A DNA stretch of 62,254 bases, counting the filler, from Gemmatimonadota bacterium (GTDB lineage Bacteria > 4572-55 > J002): the NCBI GenBank assembly GCA_003697105.1. It is 4 parts of 4 records of this genome, joined end to end, with 100 filler letters (N's around TTAATTAATTAA, not from the genome) between each part and the next. Parts side by side here need not be neighbours in the genome. Positions count along the whole stretch, not along the records: positions 1 to 26,019 come from RFFQ01000151.1; 3 more parts are not named here. One strand, 5' to 3'. The notes under the pieces are model-generated. The model saw only the letters and a list, made by a program, of their open reading frames with translations, ran no database searches and was not told the DNA's origin. Position 1 is the first letter of the stretch; each line of letters opens with the position of its first letter. This document shows, piece after piece, positions 1 to 9,444 of this stretch. Made by a program: the position numbers and the translations under genes.

Positions 1-168
1 ACGAACCTCTCGCACCGGAAATTGGCTCACAAAATCGTCCATTTACGATCCGATAGGGGACTTACGCCCCCGATCCGTTCCATTTTTTCCGGTGTGCATC
101 GCTTCTAAAATAAACAAATCCGGCTGGTTGTCAAGTCAATTAATTCGGACATAGAAATTTCTTTTATA

Positions 169-197
169 TTGACTTTGTGAGGGTGATCTGATAAACT
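169..197 (+). promoter_or_regulatory. Candidate sigma70 promoter of the large secreted protein gene
   Basis: TTGACT (169-174), 17-nt spacer, TAAACT (192-197) preceded by TGA (extended -10 TG). Confidence 0.5.
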
Positions 198-220
198 GGA
201 ACGATGACACATACGATAAA

Positions 221-3200
221 GTGTATCTTAATTTATTGATATTATTGATGTTAATCATCATGAAGTGTAACTATAAAATAAATTTAATCGAACGGAACGT
301 AATTCTACTCATTGTTTTATTGTTGGGTTGGGTTGCTAAAGGGGTGGCATTTGAGGCGACATTGACTCGCCTCGAAGGAGAGGCGATGGGTGCACCACCG
401 CGTGCCTTGGCATGGGGAGATATGGATGCCGATGGTCGTCTAGAACTAGCCGTAGGGGCGGAAAACGGGATTCACATCTACCGGTACGATGAATCTCCGG
501 CATTCCCCGATGGACAATTTCGGCGTATTCAATTTGTGGAACTTTCACACCCGGTACAGGATGTCGCGTGGGGTGATCTGAACGGGGATGCCTATCCAGA
601 ATTGGTTGTGGCGCTCTCTGGACGAAATCGCGCTTTTCGGAATCAGGGGGGCAGCCAATTTGTCCCCTTTTGGGTGGCGGATAATATTGTCGATTCTCGC
701 GCCATCCGGCTTGTTGATGCAGATTCGACCCTAGATGGTCGATTGGATTTGGTGGTTGCTAATGTTAATGCGCCGGATGAATTATATCTTAATACCGGCA
801 ATGGGTTTGAACCGTTTTGGGAATCCCCGACGGCGGAGTCATCATTTTGTGTGGAAGCGGTCGATTTGAATGAAGCTCAGTATCCGGTCTTCTTTTTTGG
901 TGGGCGCGATGAAGTCCGGTTTTACACCTTTCCGTATCAAGCGTCTTCGACCAACCGAATGGCGCTCCCCGATGACAGTACCGATGCGGTTTCGCTCTCA
1001 TTTGCCCAAGTTGATGGTACCGACGGGTTGGATATGTATATCGGCACCCGCTGGATTCCCCGCCGGGTTGGGCAGGGGCAGGTCACCGAGCGGCAAGATT
1101 ACTTTTACAGGCATACCTTTAATGGTTCAGAACATCTGTTTGTTCGGGAAGAGTCATTTTTACCGGCGGCAGATGCTACATGGCAAGTTATGTGGGGTGA
1201 TTTGGACACTGATTTTCAACCGGATATTCTGGTTGCCGGATTGGAAGGCTTCAAAATATATCGCTATCACGCCGGTGTGTTGGCGGATCAACCGGCGGTT
1301 CAGGAACTTTTAGAAAATCCCGCCCGAGCCGCCGCTTGGGGAGATGCCGATAATGACGCCGATCTCGATCTGGTTATTCTTACGAGAGATACCGATTATC
1401 CCCTACTCTACCGGAATGATCAACTGTTACTAAGCCCCCTCCAACCCGTCGAGCTTGAGTTTGAGATTCTGCAACTCCACAGTTGGGATATTTCGGCTCA
1501 TTCCGGCTCAGAATTAGTCGGTGTTTCCGATGCGGGAGAGGCGTTTTATTATTATTGGGAAGACCACCAACTTGTCGCCTCCCCGCATTCTCCCGAATAT
1601 TATACCCCCTTCGTGGATATGGATGCCGGTTTTGTCAATACAGATTCGCAATTGGATGTGATTATTGCCACTCAAGAATCGCTTTATGTTTGGGATTTAC
1701 ATCAGGCAGACACCTTTACGGTTCGTCAGGAGTTAGAAGCCCCACGACCCAGCCAACTGATCAGTGCCGATCTGGATAATGATCAGGATTGGGATTTGAT
1801 TGTCCAGCGAGAGATCGGCACGCGAAGCACACTCCGGTTGATGTATAATGAAACCGGGCAATTTCAAGCGGGATCGTTGTGGGAAACGCAGTCGTCCCCG
1901 GGGAATCATATTCTGAAGTTGTTTTGGCAAGACCTTAATTTTGATATTGCCCCAGATGTCGTTGTTTTAGATGAAACGTCGTTCCGGGTGTACCGGAATA
2001 TCTCCGCATTTTTGGAAAGTACGCCCAATATCGTCATACCGTATGCGTTTGGCGGTAATTTACAAGATGCGATTCTGGCGGATATGGGAGAAAATGGAAC
2101 ACTGGACGTGGTCGTGGCGGGCGGGTCCACGCTTGGCGGCTTTCCAAACCGGTTGGCACCGCCGCCCACAATTGAAGCGTGGCAGGAAGCACCGGATGTT
2201 CAATTCGAGCCTATCCTGAACGCGATAGAACTCCCCGATACGACGCACTTGATTGAAAAAATCGACATTGATAATGATGGGGATTGGGATATCGTCACGG
2301 CAAGTGGGGGTACACTCTATTTATATAAAAATCAAGGTGATTGGCGGTTTTCCTCACCGTTAAGCCTTTTTGTCACCCGTTCCGCAATTCAGCATCTGGT
2401 GGTGGGGGATGTGGATAATGATGGTGACTCGGATATCATCACCGCCAGCCGTATAGCTAACGGTAGTGAACTACACGTTTATCTCAATTATTATCAGGAT
2501 GTATTTAAAAACCAACTCCATTTTATTGACCGTCCGGTCACGATCACGTCTCTGACACGAAGTGACTCTACCGACGGAGAGTACCGCTTTGACCTTGAAT
2601 TAAGTGACCCCCATAACAATCTTCTGCGTGTGGTGGGGGAATTCTCACTGTTTGGTGGACATTGGCAAGATTTTGATAGTACCGGCGTAGCACCTCTGGA
2701 ACATGAAACTCTCATCTTTCCGTGGGCAGAACAGCCACCTTATGCGGTTTATGGGAACGACGTCGCGGTCCGGTTTGTTCTCCGTGCCACACATTTACGT
2801 TTTGGTCAGGCGTTGTATGGGCAACCTACTACTTTATGGAAATTGCCCTTTATCCACCAACCGTATCACACCGCACCTGTGATTGACATGGTTTATCCAA
2901 CGGCAACCGATACCCTGAGTGGGAGTTTTCCGGTGTTGGCGTCCGTCTTCATTCCCCGGGATTCAATTGCCTATTCGATTACGCTGATCCGGCAAGACGG
3001 CGTTCGGATACCCTTGGAGCGGCATCAAATTCCCACCCGTTATGTCCAGCAACTGGCACTTGTGGATTCGCTTCAGGCATCGCAACTGGATTCTCTCCTT
3101 ATTACGCTGTATGAGGGGGTACAACCCCTTGATTCTCTGGCAATAGACCTCACCTTTACATCTATAGTATCAGATTACCAGCATCCCACGATCCGGCATA

Positions 3201-5710
3201 TTTTTCCAGCTAATGGTGCGGAGGATGTTCCGCGAAATAGTCCTATTTATGTGGTGATCAGTGACTCGGCGGAGATTCCGCTCAATGATCAATCCGTCAC
3301 CGCGGGGCTGACGGTGTACAACCATTACAATGCGGTGGTCCCGGGTACGGTGGAATTTCTATACATGGTGGATATTCCCAATTTAATTGTGTTTTACCCG
3401 GAAATAGACCTCCTACCGGAAAGCTATTACTACGTGGTCGTTGATCCTGAGTTACAGGATTTGGAAGGACACCGCTTGCTGAACCCTCGCGTGTGGAGTT
3501 TCAAGACCTTGGCGGAACCTCCCACCCAAGATATTGTGTTGTTTGATCCGGTGCCGGGTGCTCTCGATGTCGATCCCGATGACCCCCAGCAATTGGTTAT
3601 TCAATTTGACGAAGGGCTGCCGGAGGACCCTCAAATTCCCGTTCGGGTTTACAATTCTGCCGGTGTGCGGGTCGCTGCGGATGGAATCACCCGCTACAAT
3701 CCGATTACCCGGGTGCTGACATTTGATTGGAGTGGCAGTGTCATTTTACCCCGTTCCAACACCGGAACACCTGCCCCAGCACCCTCCATCCGAACCGATG
3801 CGTTTTATACCGTTCATATTGATGAGGCGTATTTTGTGGATTCTGAGGCACCGTACATTTACTCATTTGCGACCACCCGATCTCACCCGCAAATTAACCC
3901 GGATCGACAAATGCCCGCCCCCGGCGATTCGCTCGTGCCGCCCTCAACCTATATTGAAGTGGAATTTGACCGGTTTATGAATTCGCTGACGATTCAGGAA
4001 GAAAGTTTTTATCTGGTGGAGCTGTTTGCGGATGGTCGCGAGTCTGCCCCCATACCGGCACTGGTCAGTAACAATGCGCCACGCAAAACGGCGCGCTTGA
4101 CCCCGAACCATTCACTCCGTACTTCCACGTGGTATCGTGTTTATTTGACGACGCAAGTGAAGGACATCAGCGGTGTTCCGTTAGCTGAAGCAGTGCATTG
4201 GACGTTTCGCACTCGGCAGGTCTCCTATGATAACCGTCCGGTTGAGGTTTGCCCACCCCCGCTAGTCCCGGATACCGTCGTTGTTGCTTTGCCATCATGC
4301 CCGTATGATAACGGGGAGAATGTGCCGATCACGCTCGACAACATTACCCTAAAATTCAGTGAGGCATTAAATGGTGCAACGGTCAATACTGAATCATTCC
4401 ACGTGGCGGCGATCTACCCGCCGGATAGCTTGTACCACCTCCCCGGGATTGTCTATTACAATGGTCAGGATTCTACTGCCAATTTTTTGATCACCGGAAT
4501 GGAGTTGGAGACAAACCGGGAATACCAAGTTCAGTTTTCCCCCGATACGACGGTACTTACGGTGGGTGGGGCACGCCGGATGCCGGTTGAATGGCAGTTC
4601 CGGACGGTAAATTGTGAAACCGGGCTGATCGTCATTTCCGACCCGGATACCACCGATTATATCGACCCCCAGAATTTTGATGTCCGGTTAATCCTCAACC
4701 AACCGGTTATTTTTCCGAATCCCAATTTGCAACGCTTTGTGGTCTCGTTTCAACAGCTTTCGCCAACCGTGCGTGATCTTAGCGGAACGGTTAGCTTGGA
4801 TAGCACCGGGCATGAAATTACGTTTGTACCCAATACCGCCCCCGAAGATAGCGCGAGGTATCGTCTCCAGCTCAATACAGACCCCAACTACATCCGTTTG
4901 AAATCCGGCAATGTGGAAATCTGTTCCGGGGAGTTTGTCTGGAATTTCCAAACGCCGCCAGCAATCGATCCCAATCAGGGGGGTATTGCGGCGGATTACC
5001 GGAATCACATCCAACTGATGGTACCCTTTCACGGTCTTAACAATAAAACCGGTATCACCATTCAAGTGCTTTGTGGCTATAATGAGATTCCATGTGACGC
5101 CCTCCCGCCAGAGGAGTCAAATCCGAGTCACTTGGCTTGGGGAGACCCCTACCTTCGCTTTTCAATTTATCCCCTTGACCTCACGTTAGAGAAAACAGCA
5201 ACATTGAGCGTTGATTTGTCGTCGCTGAGTGTTCCGGAACCCACAACTTTGGGTTTTGTGTACCGGACGCCGGCGGATACCAGTTGGGTGTATCTGGGAG
5301 GCACTGTTGATGAAGTGAAGCAGTTGTTGGCTCTGCCGGTGCGTCAGTTTGGTGAATTTATGGTCGTGGAGCGACCCGAAGTTGAGGGTGAGGAATCCGC
5401 GCCCTCAATCCGCGATTTAGCCATTCAGCCCCGTGTGTTTTATCCTGCCGATGCCGGTGTCTATGACCAAACAACGCGCATCTCATTCACGTTAGGGCAC
5501 GCTTCACCGGTGACTCTTAAAATTTACAATGGCGCGGGGGTTTTGGAGCGCCGTTTGCTGGATGGCGAACGGCTTGCCGCGGGACACCACTCTTATCCGT
5601 GGGATGGACAAAACAATCAAGGTCAAATTGTTCCGGCAGGGCTATACATCGTGACCGTGGTCACGGATGATGCCAAAGCCATAAAAACGGTGGGCGTTTG
5701 GCGGCGATAG
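221..5710 (+). CDS. Large secreted protein: FG-GAP/VCBS repeats, several Ig-like (Big_5-type) domains, C-terminal FlgD-Ig/sorting-like domain
   Basis: 1829-aa ORF; true start probably ATG 260. N-terminal hydrophobic signal. Many repeats such as WGDMDADGRLEL, WGDLNGDAYPEL and GDVDNDGDSDI. P..G..V/P...I...F...WxFxT Ig repeats. C-terminal VTLKIYNGAG..WDGQNNQGQIVPAGLY. Confidence 0.85.
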   Translation: MYLNLLILLMLIIMKCNYKINLIERNVILLIVLLLGWVAKGVAFEATLTRLEGEAMGAPPRALAWGDMDADGRLELAVGAENGIHIYRYDESPAFPDGQFRRIQFVELSHPVQDVAWGDLNGDAYPELVVALSGRNRAFRNQGGSQFVPFWVADNIVDSRAIRLVDADSTLDGRLDLVVANVNAPDELYLNTGNGFEPFWESPTAESSFCVEAVDLNEAQYPVFFFGGRDEVRFYTFPYQASSTNRMALPDDSTDAVSLSFAQVDGTDGLDMYIGTRWIPRRVGQGQVTERQDYFYRHTFNGSEHLFVREESFLPAADATWQVMWGDLDTDFQPDILVAGLEGFKIYRYHAGVLADQPAVQELLENPARAAAWGDADNDADLDLVILTRDTDYPLLYRNDQLLLSPLQPVELEFEILQLHSWDISAHSGSELVGVSDAGEAFYYYWEDHQLVASPHSPEYYTPFVDMDAGFVNTDSQLDVIIATQESLYVWDLHQADTFTVRQELEAPRPSQLISADLDNDQDWDLIVQREIGTRSTLRLMYNETGQFQAGSLWETQSSPGNHILKLFWQDLNFDIAPDVVVLDETSFRVYRNISAFLESTPNIVIPYAFGGNLQDAILADMGENGTLDVVVAGGSTLGGFPNRLAPPPTIEAWQEAPDVQFEPILNAIELPDTTHLIEKIDIDNDGDWDIVTASGGTLYLYKNQGDWRFSSPLSLFVTRSAIQHLVVGDVDNDGDSDIITASRIANGSELHVYLNYYQDVFKNQLHFIDRPVTITSLTRSDSTDGEYRFDLELSDPHNNLLRVVGEFSLFGGHWQDFDSTGVAPLEHETLIFPWAEQPPYAVYGNDVAVRFVLRATHLRFGQALYGQPTTLWKLPFIHQPYHTAPVIDMVYPTATDTLSGSFPVLASVFIPRDSIAYSITLIRQDGVRIPLERHQIPTRYVQQLALVDSLQASQLDSLLITLYEGVQPLDSLAIDLTFTSIVSDYQHPTIRHIFPANGAEDVPRNSPIYVVISDSAEIPLNDQSVTAGLTVYNHYNAVVPGTVEFLYMVDIPNLIVFYPEIDLLPESYYYVVVDPELQDLEGHRLLNPRVWSFKTLAEPPTQDIVLFDPVPGALDVDPDDPQQLVIQFDEGLPEDPQIPVRVYNSAGVRVAADGITRYNPITRVLTFDWSGSVILPRSNTGTPAPAPSIRTDAFYTVHIDEAYFVDSEAPYIYSFATTRSHPQINPDRQMPAPGDSLVPPSTYIEVEFDRFMNSLTIQEESFYLVELFADGRESAPIPALVSNNAPRKTARLTPNHSLRTSTWYRVYLTTQVKDISGVPLAEAVHWTFRTRQVSYDNRPVEVCPPPLVPDTVVVALPSCPYDNGENVPITLDNITLKFSEALNGATVNTESFHVAAIYPPDSLYHLPGIVYYNGQDSTANFLITGMELETNREYQVQFSPDTTVLTVGGARRMPVEWQFRTVNCETGLIVISDPDTTDYIDPQNFDVRLILNQPVIFPNPNLQRFVVSFQQLSPTVRDLSGTVSLDSTGHEITFVPNTAPEDSARYRLQLNTDPNYIRLKSGNVEICSGEFVWNFQTPPAIDPNQGGIAADYRNHIQLMVPFHGLNNKTGITIQVLCGYNEIPCDALPPEESNPSHLAWGDPYLRFSIYPLDLTLEKTATLSVDLSSLSVPEPTTLGFVYRTPADTSWVYLGGTVDEVKQLLALPVRQFGEFMVVERPEVEGEESAPSIRDLAIQPRVFYPADAGVYDQTTRISFTLGHASPVTLKIYNGAGVLERRLLDGERLAAGHHSYPWDGQNNQGQIVPAGLYIVTVVTDDAKAIKTVGVWRR

Positions 5711-5723
5711 AAGGAAGTATTCG

Positions 5724-5984
5724 ATGCGATTAGACCTATACCTGAAAAAAAGTCGCTTAATTAAAGAACGGACGCTGGCCAAAGTGGCGTGTGAAAGGGG
5801 TCACGTGTTGGTTGATGGGCGACCGGGCAAACCGGCAAAACCGGTAAAAGTTGGGCAACGACTGGAAATCCATTTGCGGCACAAAATTCTGGAAGTTGAG
5901 ATTTTGGAAATCCCGCAAGGAAATGTCTCCAAAGAGCGCGCACGGACTCTCTATAAACTTCTCCGGGAGGAAGCGACCGCCTGA
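5724..5984 (+). CDS. S4 RNA-binding domain protein (YabO/RqcP/Hsp15 family)
   Basis: MRLDLYLKKSRLIKERTLAK...GHVLVDG..KPAK.VKVGQ, typical S4 YabO-like signature, 86 aa. Confidence 0.85.
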   Translation: MRLDLYLKKSRLIKERTLAKVACERGHVLVDGRPGKPAKPVKVGQRLEIHLRHKILEVEILEIPQGNVSKERARTLYKLLREEATA

Positions 5985-6069
5985 TCCACTATCCTCGGCT
6001 CAACCTCCCGCATTGCAGTCCGTATTGGAGAAATTGCCGGTACAACATTCGTATGTTTTAATCAATCCA

Positions 6070-6160
6070 TAGACCTTATTCCAAGCAGGGGATTTTTTAT
6101 AACCCAACAAATACGAAAAATACACATTTTACGATAAATTAGTGCTTGGAATAAGGTCTA
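6070..6160. mobile_element. MITE-like element with 18-bp perfect terminal inverted repeats
   Basis: TAGACCTTATTCCAAGCA (6070-6087) and TGCTTGGAATAAGGTCTA (6143-6160) enclose a 55-bp AT-rich core; TA at both outer ends. Confidence 0.55.
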
Positions 6161-6197
6161 ATCGGATTGGCTGTTTTTTACGTTAACCATACCATTT

Positions 6198-6251
6198 GAG
6201 GCATTCGTGAATACAAAAACCCTCGCCATAATGCGGATTGGGGGACTACCG
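6198..6251 (+). repeat. Dispersed intergenic repeat module A, copy 1
   Basis: GAGGCATTCGTGAAT...CCCTCGCCATAATGCGGATTGGGGGACTACCG, matches 25659-25713 and 29981-30036. Confidence 0.75.
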
Positions 6252-6269
6252 TGGATAGCTCTTGAGGGA

Positions 6270-8243
6270 TTACAAATTGGCTTTCACCCATTCTTCCAGA
6301 CCACCTAATATCACCAATTCCTGCGCTGCAGTACCAATAGGGGCAATCGGATAATCTTTGCCTGCGGCATGAATGACGGCATTTTCAAAATCGATTTCCG
6401 CTATGATACCGGTTTGAACCGTTAATGCTTCTGTACCGAAGGTGGCTTTAAGGTCATAGACCAGATCAGGCGCCTCGATAGTTAAAAAACCGTTATTCAG
6501 CGCGTTACGCTTATACGTTTCGCTAAACGATCCAGCAATTACTAACTGGATTCCGGCGTACTTGAAAGCCGTTGCCGCTTGCTCACGAGAACTCCCTGTG
6601 CCAAAATTGAACCCACCCACAACAATATCACCTTTTTTCATGATCTCCCGAAATTGAGGATCGTAATTTTCCATCACCACCGTTGCCTGCTGTTGTGGGG
6701 TGAAATCATCTTTGTAGGTATATTTACCCGGATAAATACCGTCCGTGTTCAGATTATCTGCCGGACAAAAGAGTACATTTCCACGAAGGGTGGGTGGAAA
6801 TCCATCTAAGATGGTGATTTTCTGTGCAGAACGTACTGGTTTTTCCAATAGGCGCACCTCACCGTGGGGGGTGGTTGTCTCCCACATGCCGTCCGGTAGA
6901 GCGATTTTACCGGCAATCGCCGACGCCGCCACCACTGCCGGTGATGCGAGGTATGCTTGGGCATTCCGTGAACCCATCCGCCCTTTAAAGTTCCGGTTGG
7001 TCGCGGAAATTCCCACTTCGTTATCGGCAAGTAACCCTTCGCCCAAACCGATGCAGGGACCACAACCGGGCGGCAAGGGGATTGCCCCCGCATCCAATAA
7101 ATCTTGCCAATAGCCCTGTTTTTCGCTTTCCGTCTGTACCTCGTTGGAGGCGGCGGCAACATAAAACCCCACACCTGCGGCCACTTTTTTACCTTTAACG
7201 ATCTTTGCTGCTAATTCTAAATCCTGCAAGCGGCTATTGACACAAGACACCAAATAGGCTTTGTGAATTTTAATATCCTGTTGGGCTAATTCTGCGACGG
7301 GTGCCATCACTTTGACCGTGTTGGGTCCGGAAACATACGGTTGCACCGTGCTCAAATCCAGCGTCAATTCAATTGCGTAAGCCGCATCCGGATCGGCTTG
7401 TAAATGCTCGGTTTCCAAGCAGTGAATACGGTTCATGTTAAGACGTGGGTGAGTACCATCAATGGCATCGGCATCTGATGGCACTCCAGCTAACCCACGA
7501 TGTTGGATAAACTGTACCCGGTCTTTCAGCCATTGGATGGTGACCTCATCAATTGGGAAAACACCGGCAAGTGCCCCCCATTCCGTTGTCATGTTCGCAA
7601 TGGTAAGCCGCTCCTCTACCGGTAGAGAGGGGATACCATCGCCCACAAATTCCACGGCATGATTGAGTACCTCGTCCTGATTAAATAACCCGCATAATGT
7701 GACAATCACATCTTTACCGGTTACGCCGGGTTTGAGTCGTCCAGTTAGGACCACGCGCGCCACCGGGGGTACTTGCCACCAGGTTCGCCCGGTTGCCCAA
7801 ATTGCCGCCGCATCCGTACGGACAACGGGTGTTCCTAAACAGCCCAATCCGCCATACATATTTGAATGGCTATCGGAAGCAACAACCATTGTCCCCGGAA
7901 ACGCATATCCTTCCTCGCACATGACCTGATGCCCAATACCCCGTCCCGGCGGGTAAAAATCGATGCCATGTGCCTTGGCAAACGCCTCGATCTGAGCATA
8001 TTTCTTCAGATTTTTCTCACTTTTATTTTGAATATCGTGGTCAATCGCAAAAACAACTTGCCGCGGATGGGCAATTTTACGTGCCCCGATGTTCTTAAAT
8101 TTGGGGATAACAGCACCCGTGTTATCGTGTGTCATTACATGTTGGGGGCGGATAGAAAGATAATCACCCGAATGGACTTCATGACCATTATCCAGCCCAA
8201 CCGCAAATTTTTGAGCGATTTTTTCCACCAGATTTTGAGCCAT
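6270..8243 (-). CDS. lysF: Homoaconitate hydratase (homoaconitase), single-chain fungal Lys4/LysF type
   Basis: Aconitase-family motifs DHDIQN, GRGIGHQ, ASDSHSN, VSCVNSR, PGCGPCIG, SATNRNFKGRMG. The swivel domain is fused (NLNTDGIYPGKY, FGTGSSREQA). Confidence 0.85.
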   Translation of the reverse strand: MAQNLVEKIAQKFAVGLDNGHEVHSGDYLSIRPQHVMTHDNTGAVIPKFKNIGARKIAHPRQVVFAIDHDIQNKSEKNLKKYAQIEAFAKAHGIDFYPPGRGIGHQVMCEEGYAFPGTMVVASDSHSNMYGGLGCLGTPVVRTDAAAIWATGRTWWQVPPVARVVLTGRLKPGVTGKDVIVTLCGLFNQDEVLNHAVEFVGDGIPSLPVEERLTIANMTTEWGALAGVFPIDEVTIQWLKDRVQFIQHRGLAGVPSDADAIDGTHPRLNMNRIHCLETEHLQADPDAAYAIELTLDLSTVQPYVSGPNTVKVMAPVAELAQQDIKIHKAYLVSCVNSRLQDLELAAKIVKGKKVAAGVGFYVAAASNEVQTESEKQGYWQDLLDAGAIPLPPGCGPCIGLGEGLLADNEVGISATNRNFKGRMGSRNAQAYLASPAVVAASAIAGKIALPDGMWETTTPHGEVRLLEKPVRSAQKITILDGFPPTLRGNVLFCPADNLNTDGIYPGKYTYKDDFTPQQQATVVMENYDPQFREIMKKGDIVVGGFNFGTGSSREQAATAFKYAGIQLVIAGSFSETYKRNALNNGFLTIEAPDLVYDLKATFGTEALTVQTGIIAEIDFENAVIHAAGKDYPIAPIGTAAQELVILGGLEEWVKANL

Positions 8244-8352
8244 TATGCCACCTCATCTTTTAGAATTTGGAAAATTAGCGATAAAAAAATCGATGATTAT
8301 AATATATAAATTGGCAGGTAGAATCAATGAAAATCGGTAGATATTTGCGCGG

Positions 8353-9420
8353 CTAATAGACCACCTCAAAGGCAGTCTGGGGTTCTGTTTTACCCTTTAA
8401 TAGAAGCGGTTCTAATTCACGAATATCCAATTGGTTACAAACGGATTCTGCCGTCTTTTTGCAAATGAGAATCTGATGTTGGGTGGCGGTCTCTTGCAAT
8501 CGTTTCGCTGTATTGACGGTATCACCGATGGCGGTGAAGTCCATCATATCCTGACTGCCCAGATTACCCACCACCGCCGAACCGGTTTGAATCCCTGCGC
8601 GCAAGCCTAGTTCCGCTAGGGAGGGGTGTTGTCGCTGGATTTCGCGAAAAATCAGTTGCATATCAATAGCGGTTTGAACTGCCCGCAGGGGGTCATCCTC
8701 ATGCGCGATGGGTGCGCCGTAAAATGCCATTAACCCCTCATCGATATACTTATCGAAAATACCATCATATTGCCGGATGATCGGTGCAAGATGACCCAAA
8801 ATTAGGTTAAGGTGATCCGTTGTTGTACGGGCGTCATGTTTTTCTGTTATCCGGTGAAATCCCCAAATATTGACAAAGAGTACGCTGATTTGGGCGGTAT
8901 CACCCCCCAGTTGCAATGCCGCTTCTGGGTTGGAAAAAATACCTTGGGTAATTTCATCTGCCACGTAACGACGGACAATATTTTGCAAGATCGCATTTCG
9001 CCGTTCTAATTCATCAAGTAACTGTTTGGCTCGAAGTTGGGTGCGCACCCGGATGAGAAGTTCCGTCCGGTCCACGGGCTTCCGCAAAAAATCATCCGCG
9101 CCGGATTCCAATCCTTTAACTTTGTCTTGTAATTCCTGCAATGCCGTCAGCATGATCACCGGGGTCGCTTGGAGGTCAGGACGCTGTCGCAAATGCCTGA
9201 GCGTTTCAAATCCGTCCATTTCGGGCATCATGGCATCTAAGACAATCACATCCGGTAATTGGGTTTCACAAAACAGGAGGCATTCCGCACCGTTGGTCTG
9301 TTGGGCAACATCATAGCCTTCTTTCACCAAAACGCGCGATAAAATCATGCGTGTTCCCGGATCATCATCAACAATTAAAATTAAGGATTTGGATTTGGTT
9401 TTCATTATGCCTTGCAACAT
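8353..9420 (-). CDS. Response regulator receiver + class III adenylate/guanylate cyclase domain with atypical metal-binding sites
   Basis: REC (IVDDD, LDAMMP, FLRKP). Cyclase motifs FVNIWGF, DKYIDEG, VVGNLGS, FTAIGDTVNTAKRLQ. Confidence 0.85.
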   Translation of the reverse strand: MLQGIMKTKSKSLILIVDDDPGTRMILSRVLVKEGYDVAQQTNGAECLLFCETQLPDVIVLDAMMPEMDGFETLRHLRQRPDLQATPVIMLTALQELQDKVKGLESGADDFLRKPVDRTELLIRVRTQLRAKQLLDELERRNAILQNIVRRYVADEITQGIFSNPEAALQLGGDTAQISVLFVNIWGFHRITEKHDARTTTDHLNLILGHLAPIIRQYDGIFDKYIDEGLMAFYGAPIAHEDDPLRAVQTAIDMQLIFREIQRQHPSLAELGLRAGIQTGSAVVGNLGSQDMMDFTAIGDTVNTAKRLQETATQHQILICKKTAESVCNQLDIRELEPLLLKGKTEPQTAFEVVY

Positions 9421-9444
9421 CAGGGTTTTGTAAAATGATCGGTA

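Noticed and set aside
1-42. Possible N-terminus of a minus-strand gene (MDDFVSQFPVREVR)
   Set aside because: Only 14 codons are visible; it cannot be distinguished from chance.
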